From assembly GCA_965235115.1 (NCBI GenBank), contig OZ249437.1:14632001-14696000 (forward strand): a stretch of DNA of 64,000 nt. The letters run 5' to 3'. The notes below the pieces were generated by a model. It saw nothing but the letters and a program-made list of their open reading frames with translations, was not told the DNA's origin and ran no database searches. Made by a program: the position numbers and the translations under genes. This document shows, piece by piece, positions 56,511 through 64,000 of the stretch; the stretch's first letter is position 1; every line of letters begins with the position of its first letter. This DNA comes from Laetmonice hystrix (taxonomy: Eukaryota).

Positions 56511-59500
56511 ATGGAGAACTTCCTGAAACATTGCAAGAAGTGCCTGGCAAGTAGTACAAGCTGACATAGCCAATGCGATCAGCCCTGACGTTCGTTCCTC
56601 TCAGCGGAGCTGATGATATACCCATTGGAAAAAAGCGAGAAAGCCTTCTACAGGCTTCACAATGTCTTCACAATCTTTTGGTGCCAGTCGGTAGATATTA
56701 TACTTAGCAGTGCGGCACTAACCATTTAAGTGGTGCACTACAATAATAACTGAATAATTACAAAGATTGTCCTGCAAGCGGCATTGTCGAACATGTTTAC
56801 TCCGCCATCTTGAAATTCTCCCAGCCGTCACGTGATCTAGATGTGGGGAGCAGCTCAAGAAACATCACGATGGAGGCTGTTGTTGATCAAGGCCTATGTA
56901 TTGTAAGAAATGTTTCCAGCCCTTTTACGTGAAAGATACTGCAAACAGCTTCGATAGGAGGCACCTCACAGCGACGCTGAGAAGGAGAAAGGTGACTGTC
57001 CACACGGATGAATGAATATCGAATGGGGAGAGGATAGGATGTTTGAAATATAAGCAACACTCCAGGCCCAACACAGGCGTTTATGATATGTTCCCTGAAA
57101 GAGGAAGTGCTCACGGAGAGAGAGAAGTTATGGGAAGATGGCGTCCAGGCGAGCAGCGGACAATCTTTGTAATCACAGTTATTAGGGGCCGTTCAAAAAT
57201 TACGTAATGCTTGGGGGGTGTATGTCCAAACGTTACGGACAGTGCTGAAGTACCATTGCAGAGCGTTACTGGGGGTAGGGGGGTGTCAGATTTGGCCCAA
57301 AATAGCGTTACATAATTTTTGAACGGCCCCATATTGTATAGTGCATCACTTAAACGGTTAGTGCCGCACTGCTAAGTATCTACCAACTGGCACCAAAAGA
57401 TGCATCGTGAAGCTGTAGAAGGATTTTCTCGCTTTATTCCAATGGGTATAATCATCAGCCCTGCTGAGAGGAACGAACGCCGGGTCTGATTATATTGGCT
57501 AAAGCTGACACAGACTTACTCACCACCCCCTGTACAAGATCATACAGACTTACTCACCACTCTCTGTACAAGCTCACAAGACTTACTCACCACCCCCTGT
57601 ACAAGATCATACAGACTTACTCACCACTCTCTGTACAAGCTCACTCAGACTTACTCACCACTCTCTGTACAAGCTCACTCAGACTTACTCACCACTCTCT
57701 GTACAAACTCAGACAGACTCTCACAACTCTCTGTACAAGCTCGACTCATCTCGAAAGATGTGTGTAGGGGGGAGGGTCCAGGTCCTGCTTGACCACCAAA
57801 GCTTCCTTTGTAGGGAAGTGGCAGTGGCCGAGTGGGCATGAGCGTTGATACCTTATGTTATATGTGTGCAGTAATCTTGGGGCCGGGGTTTGATTTCAGT
57901 AGAGAACTATACAACATTTCTCTTTTCGGACATTCTCAAAGTAACTGGGTTACGCCTGATGCCCATGCATTTAAAAAGAACATTCCCTGTACAAGCTCAC
58001 ACAGACTCTTACCACTCTGTACAAGCTCACACAGACTCTTACCACTCTGTACAAGCTCACACAGACTTACCAACCACTCTGACCAAGTAGATTGTCAGTG
58101 AAAGGGAGCCAGCCACTGATTGTGTGTCTCATGTTGTTTCAGTTGGACACGGCACAGTACAAGAAGGTACACGTTGTACTTGGTAATGAAGCTTGCGACC
58201 TGGACTCGGCCTGTTCATCCATTGTGTATGCCTACTACCTCCACCAGGTGAGAGTTCACAGATGATTTTTTTAGGGGAGACAGAAGGATTCTATCTCCAC
58301 TATGCACAGAAGCTTTGGGGAATAACAGTGCAATGTGCCATAAAATTCATGTGTACATATAGCACCATCTAGGAAAGTGTGGATTCTGTCTCGTTACATC
58401 CATCATACTTTGTTTGAATTGAAAAGGCCAAGTCTCACTTGGCGCAAGTGGTATTTTTGGGGGTTATGAAAAATGGCAAGTGTTTCTTTGAATATATATT
58501 ACTGGTCGCATCTGATTGGATCAACTAACCCTATTCAGGCCAGGAATGATAAACAATCAGCATCCGTGATATTGTAAAAACACAGACCTTGTATGGGGGG
58601 GGAGGTGCCGAAAGGAACAATAGTTTCACTTTGCATCTTCTGCACTTGTCCCAATGCCTTAAGCCTGGCATACATGTCACGACCCGACCGGTTGTCGCCA
58701 ACAACTTGTAGGGGACTCATCCCCGACAATTTTTTGTTGGGGACAAGTTGCATTGCTGACTCATACATAGCGGGGTCATATACATGTCTCGACGCGATTT
58801 CTGTCACCGACAATTTGATGCATGTCCTCTGCCGGGTCGTGACGTGTATGCCGGGCTTTAGTCACTTGCACGTCCCATGCAAAACATGCCCATTCCTTGA
58901 CATATTACCCTGCCTTCCTGAACTCTTGGGGCAGGCACTGTCAGCACATCATCACATAGACTTGCCAATGTATTATTAAGGTCTGAAAAAGTAAGCACCA
59001 ATTTTATCATTTCAGACAAAAAGTCGGCCAGATGTTTTGTATCTTCCTGTGTTAAACATCCCAAATGTTGAGTTCCAACTCCGAACTGAGGTCTCCACTC
59101 ACCTCAGTCAGGCCAACATTATTGCTGACCTACTTACCTTCAGAGATCAGGTTAACTTGGCAAGTTTTAAAGAGTTAGGCTCATTGGAACTCACCTTGGT
59201 TGACCACAACATACTGCCTGTCCAGGACGAACTACTAGAGGGCGCTGTGGTTGAAGTCATTGACCATCACAAGTGGGAGCGGCCCCAAGATGATAGGTGA
59301 GTATTTATCTATAGGCTGACCTACTGACCTACTGATCTACTGAACTGCTGATCTACTGAACTGCTGATCTACTGACCTACTGATCTACTGACCTACGGAA
59401 TGAATGAATATCGAATGGGGAGAGGATAGGATGTTTGAAATTTATGACGATTGAAGAATAATTAAAGGGAATTTCTGTCAATGCCATTTGATCAGTCAAG

Positions 59501-61863
59501 ATATATCCTGAAAAAAGAATTGAATCACTCTCTCCCTCTCCAAAAAATATCATTCCAAGATTTCCTGATGGACAGCCTATTTTTATGATTCATTCAGTCA
59601 GTTAAAGTCAGTTAAAGCCTCATCTCTAAAAAAAGGAGATAATTAACTGTGGTATCTGTGCTCTTCCTGTCAGTATTCCTGTGACGATACAAACCACTGG
59701 ATCGTGCTGCACTCTGGTGGCAGAAAAGCTCCTGTCGGAGTCCAGTTTTCACATTGACCATGAAGTAGCAGACCTTCTCTATGGTAAAGTACACTTACCG
59801 TACATTTTTTCAGACGGGTCCAATTTTTTACCCAAAGTACGGTTTGGTAAGGGTGATTCCTCACTGCCACACCTTTTGAAAGATTTTGTACCATAGAAAT
59901 CTAGAGGTTAACCAATGGAAAAGTTGTAAGGCACCTTGACTTGCTAGACCTGCCTTCAGCAGATTTTTCATGGTGTGTAAGAATAGGGCTGACTAGATCT
60001 ATGGAAATCAATTTTGAAGGCTTGCCTGCTTGAATTAATACTAGGACATTATGCTCACTTCTTGCAAATTTTTCTGTGAATATTCTTTCAGGAGTCATCG
60101 TGTTTGACACAGTCAACCTGTCAGAGAAAGCGGGGATTAAGACTGAGAAGGATGTGGCTGTGTTAACTCAACTGGAGACTCTGAGAGAGGAGCACGCTGC
60201 AACACGCGAAGAGATCTGCACCAAGTTATCGAAGGCCAAAGCTGATGTGTCAGGTAGGTGTTGAAATGGAAGGCTATATGGGCAGGGTTCTTGCCAGAAA
60301 TTTTGACAGCCTAGTGGTCAAAGCAAGGGCGGAGCCCTGGTTAAGGGTACAAGAGGGGCAAAGCCCCCCTGCCAAGCTCTGGTAACTTATGCTATTTTAG
60401 AGCCTTATCTTACAGTCTAGATAGTCATATGAGAAAGGTTTGCTAAAATGGACAGTAAATGATCAATATTTTACCGGTATTCCTGTGTGTTCTGTTGAAT
60501 TTAGACAAGTTTTTGCCGCTACACTGTTCAAAAGACAGTGTAGTGGCCTAAAAGACAGAGTAGCAGGCTAAATACACAGCGTAGCGGCCCGCTATACAGA
60601 AAAAGGCTGGCGAGAACAATGGTGGGATCTGATGTTAAAAAGTCCGTCTACAAAAATAAGGGGAGGGGGCATGTCACAATCGCCATCTATCAGATAAGGC
60701 TAGATCTAGACGCCACCTGGTGGGTCAGTATAAAGTCAATATTGTGAGTTGTATTTTTAGCCCCAAAATAAGTGTATGGGTCAAGTTGTATGAAAGTTTA
60801 CACAATGATCAGGGACGGTTTGAGGATGATCATTCATGAGCCACTGAGTAAACACATTTCGAGCACTCAGATAAAACGATTCTTTCAAATTTGATGCAAA
60901 GAAGAAGCACACGAGGGACAATGTATATATGCCAATGTATGCTTAGTTCAGAGTGAAGATGGCAACACGGCCGCCATATTTGTTTTGTGACTACCAAAAT
61001 AACACTAATTTGGTGAAATGGTGAAAGATTGTGCAATAGGTACTATTATTGACAAATAGGAAGTCATATTAAATTTCATTTTACACCAGTTCCCTATAAT
61101 ATATAATATATAATATAATATAATATAATATAATATTCAACATATTATGTTGAATGACCTTGTGAGGTCAATCAAGATCAGGGACATTTTCGACGATTCT
61201 AGAAAACACCTCAAGATAATCAACTACAATTGATAGATGAAGACATGATGTTTCTTTGTGACGCATGTATCACAGATGTTCTCACATGGACTGTATCTCA
61301 AAAATACAAAGTACGCACAGTTCCTAGACTCACACCCAGTTGTGACTCCGACGAGGTGTTGTTAATTCTTGAAATGTTTACAAGAATTGGTAATATTATC
61401 GATGGGACTAACCAGTTAGTGTTAACATAAATTTGTCTTCATGTGACATTTCTAGCGTTGACCACGGCTGACCTCCTCAGGAAGGACCTAAAACTGGTTA
61501 AGTCAGAGACGAGGACGGTCGCCATGGCTTCTTTGCCCATCTCCATACAGGTGTGTTCGGCTGACTGTTGTCTTCCTATCTTCACATTGCTACCTGTAGT
61601 GTAATTTGATATACACATGTATTGTGTTTCAGACATTGAGATTATGAAGAGAGGAGGTATATTGTTAAGTGTCAGCCTATAAGATTTTTTTCTCATGACT
61701 GCAGTCCTTTCTGGAGCGTGGTGGAGTGGCCGAGGATCTAAGGACATTATGTGGAGAGAAGTCTGCTGATGTAGCCATCCTTATGTCCCTTGTCATCGAT
61801 GAGGACGGATCACCCCTGAGACAACTCGCTGTATTCTCAGAAAATTCACACCTTAGGCAACAG
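56511..61863 (+). CDS. PRUNE1: Exopolyphosphatase prune (DHH family), 5' part; 3' exons not identified in the window
   Basis: Exons 56511-56546 (MENFLKHCKKCL, GC donor inferred), 58143-58247, 59016-59296, 59674-59783, 60092-60253, 61456-61550, 61705-61863. Motifs VVLGNEACDLDS, LVDHN, VIDHH, GSCCTLVAE, LLRKDLK. Confidence 0.9.
56567..57501. mobile_element. Long-TIR element with a 9-bp TSD (AcademH- or MULE-like), prune intron 1
   Basis: AAGCTGACA|TAGCCAAT ... ATTGGCTA|AAGCTGACA; imperfect inverted arms of ~250 bp. Confidence 0.82.
57185..57330. mobile_element. PIF/Harbinger-like MITE nested in the right arm of 56567-57501
   Basis: TTA|GGGGCCGTTCAAAAATTACGTAA ... TTACATAATTTTTGAACGGCCCC|ATA (TWA-type flanks). 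Confidence 0.8.
57502..58080. repeat. 34-bp and 30-bp related minisatellites, prune intron 1
   Basis: Unit CTGTACAAGCTCACACAGACTTACTCACCACTCT at 57502-57740, and a 30-bp variant at 57985-58080. Confidence 0.9.
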
Positions 61864-61892
61864 GTGAGGGCAGGCAAGCTTATTCTGAGGCT

Positions 61893-63060
61893 GACATGCC
61901 AATTGGTAGTAGCACATGCCAATTGGTAGTAGCACATGCCAATTGGTAGTAGCACATGCCAATTGGTAGTACCACATGACAACTGGTAGTACAACATGAC
62001 AGTGGGGGACTTGAGATGCATACGCAACAGCGCATTCCAGTAATATTTGCGTGGCGGCAGCACTATTGCCCCGGTCCTCTTGGCTACACAGTATGACATT
62101 AGATAGGACGACGAAATGCTAATCTGTGGCAGGATGCGTTTAGACTATTCGTTATGAAAAATAATAACTCGATAGGCTCCACCATGTTGAAGAACTCCCA
62201 AGCGCACCATAATATTGCATAACAAATAGCACTACGATTAGCATTAACATTTCGTCGTCCAATCTAACGTCATAACAATGTATAGCCAATGGACCGGGGC
62301 AATAGTGCTACCGCCACGCGGAAAAGACGGTAACACAAGTTTCTCATTGGGAGTACCACATGCCAATTGGTAGTACCACATGCCAATTGGTAGTACCAAA
62401 TGCCAGTTGGTAGTACCACATGCCAATTGGTAGTACCAAATGCCAATTGGTAGTACCACATACCAATTGGTAGTACCACATGCCAATTGGTAGTACCACA
62501 TGCCAATTGGTAGTACCACATGCCAATTGGTAGTACCACATGCCAATTGGTAGTACCACATACCAATTGGTAGTACCACATGCAAATTGGTAGTACCACA
62601 TGCCAATTGGTAGTACCACATGCCAATTGGGAGTACCACATACCAATTGGTAGTACCACATGCCAATTGGTAGTACCACATGCCAATTGGTAGTACCACA
62701 TGCCAATTGGTAGTACCACATGCCAATTGGTAGTACCACATGCCAGTTGGTAGTACCACATGCCAGTTGGTAGTACCACGTGCTAATTGGTAGTACGACA
62801 TGCCAATTGACAGTACGACATGCCAATTGACAGTACGACATGCCAATTGGTAGTACCAAATGACAATTGGGAGTACCACATACCAATTGGTAGTACCACA
62901 TGCCAGTTGGTAGTACCACATGCCAATTGCTAGTACCACATGCCAATTGGTAGTACCACATGCCAATTGGTAGTACCACATACCAATTGGTAGTACCACA
63001 TGCCAGTTGGTAGTACCACATGCCATTTGCCAACTGGTAGTACCGCATGACAATTGGTAC
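61893..63060. repeat. 20-bp satellite (~40 copies) interrupted by a MITE at 62004-62345
   Basis: Unit GCCAATTGGTAGTACCACAT, containing the palindrome CCAATTGG. Confidence 0.96.
62004..62345. mobile_element. ISL2EU/Harbinger-like MITE inserted in the 20-bp satellite
   Basis: GGGGGACTTG ... CAAGTTTCTC; internal inverted arms GCGTGGCGGCAGCACTATTGCCCCGGTCC; homologous to 25992-26796. Confidence 0.75.
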
Positions 63061-63534
63061 ATGTATGCAAATCAGTCGTAGGCCTACCATGTGTCAGTTT
63101 CACATGCATGCTGAGATAAGGTCAGAAAAGATTGGTGACGACTGCTGCTGTCATGGCTCTTGTTGCTGTGGTGCTGGTGTTTGTGTCCGAACATCACGTG
63201 AGTCCAGGCTGTGTGTTACTGCGCCCAGCGTGACATGATTACCAGGAGCCTGAATGATGTGGATCCGGTGACCACAGATAGAGATGACGTCTGGCCTGGA
63301 AACCATAGATTCAGTGAACACTCTGCCCAGTGGAACCATCACATGTTGTCAATCCACTGTCTCTGACAGCGGCATATGGAGGGAGGGGGGTCAGTGTGAT
63401 TTAGTCACCATAAGGATAGGTTCACATCACCGTCCTCGGCAAGCTACTGGCTGAACAGGTAGGCAACCTTGTTTGAAGGTATAATTGTGTTATGGCCCCG
63501 TCTGTATGGTATGAGTGAGTGTTGGCCGCCTGTA

Positions 63535-64000
63535 TAGTTGAGGTATGATTGAGTGGCGCACCTCTGCCTGTGGCAGTATGATTGAATTAGGGCCTATGTC
63601 TGGTGGTATGATTTAGCTATAGCCCACTGTCTGTGGTGGTATGATTGAGTTACGGCCCTGTCTGTGGCAATATGGTTGAGTTATGGCCCCTGTCTGTGGT
63701 GGTATGATTGAGTTACGGGCCCTGTCTGTGGTGGTATGAGTGAGTCATGGCCCCTGTGGTGGTATGGTTGAGTTATAGCCCACTTTCGGTGGTGGTATGA
63801 TTGAGTTATTTTTTTTTATGGCCCGTCTGTGGTGGTATGGTTGAGGTAAGGCCTCTGTCTGTGGTGGTATGGTTGAGTTATAACCCACTTTCGGTGGTGG
63901 TATGATTGAGTTATTTTTTTTATGGCCCGTCTGTGGTGGTATGGTTGAGGTAAGGCCTCTGTCTGTGGTGGTATGGTTGAGTTATAACCCACTTTCGGTG
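63535..64000. repeat. ~33-bp degenerate minisatellite running off the window end
   Basis: CTGTCTGTGGTGGTATG(G/A)TTGAGTTATGGCCC, with a ~105-bp higher-order block repeated near the end. Confidence 0.88.

Noticed and set aside
58535-59064. Overlapping 68-128-aa ORFs in prune intron 2
   Set aside because: No homology signal; likely a TE-derived or neutral intronic segment.
62244-63090. Three overlapping 169-272-aa minus-strand ORFs (YYQLACGTTNWHVVLPIGMW repeats)
   Set aside because: Products of a 20-bp satellite that is open in all three frames; lies within a prune intron.
63047-63480. Candidate next prune exon or separate small gene
   Set aside because: No frame matches the expected prune continuation and the acceptors are poor; the remaining exons probably lie beyond the window.

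Overview
Intron-rich, repeat-rich DNA from a bilaterian invertebrate (species not identifiable from sequence). Five protein-coding genes were reconstructed exon by exon by hand: (1) PX-domain kinase SGK3-like (+, 244-12817, 15 exons, 488 aa); (2,3) a head-to-tail tandem pair of three-exon, six-finger C2H2 genes resembling the ZFP91/ZNF276/ZNF653/ZNF692 family (-, 20871-27367 and 29512-34431) inside a segmental duplication (~20611-29105 vs ~29252-35516); (4) Golgi alpha-mannosidase II (-, 40078-53195, 20 exons, 1185 aa); (5) the 5' part of prune exopolyphosphatase (+, from 56511, divergent from MAN2A, incomplete here). Introns and intergenic DNA carry many non-autonomous DNA transposons with readable termini and target-site duplications (Kolobok-, IS3EU-, Harbinger/ISL2EU-, hAT-, piggyBac-, AcademH- and Transib-like), two tRNA-derived SINE heads and many minisatellites. 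The most striking pattern is that several minisatellites are amplified copies of the exon/intron junction itself, giving about 14-31 copies of a splice donor behind the real one. In SGK3 any downstream donor would frameshift or stop the protein; in MAN2A the whole array is in frame and stop-free. Other highlights: recognition-helix divergence between the zinc-finger paralogs, a lox-like 13-5-13 palindrome with flanking half-sites, and a nested multi-layer foldback element. All family assignments come from recalled sequence motifs and termini/TSD rules, not database searches.
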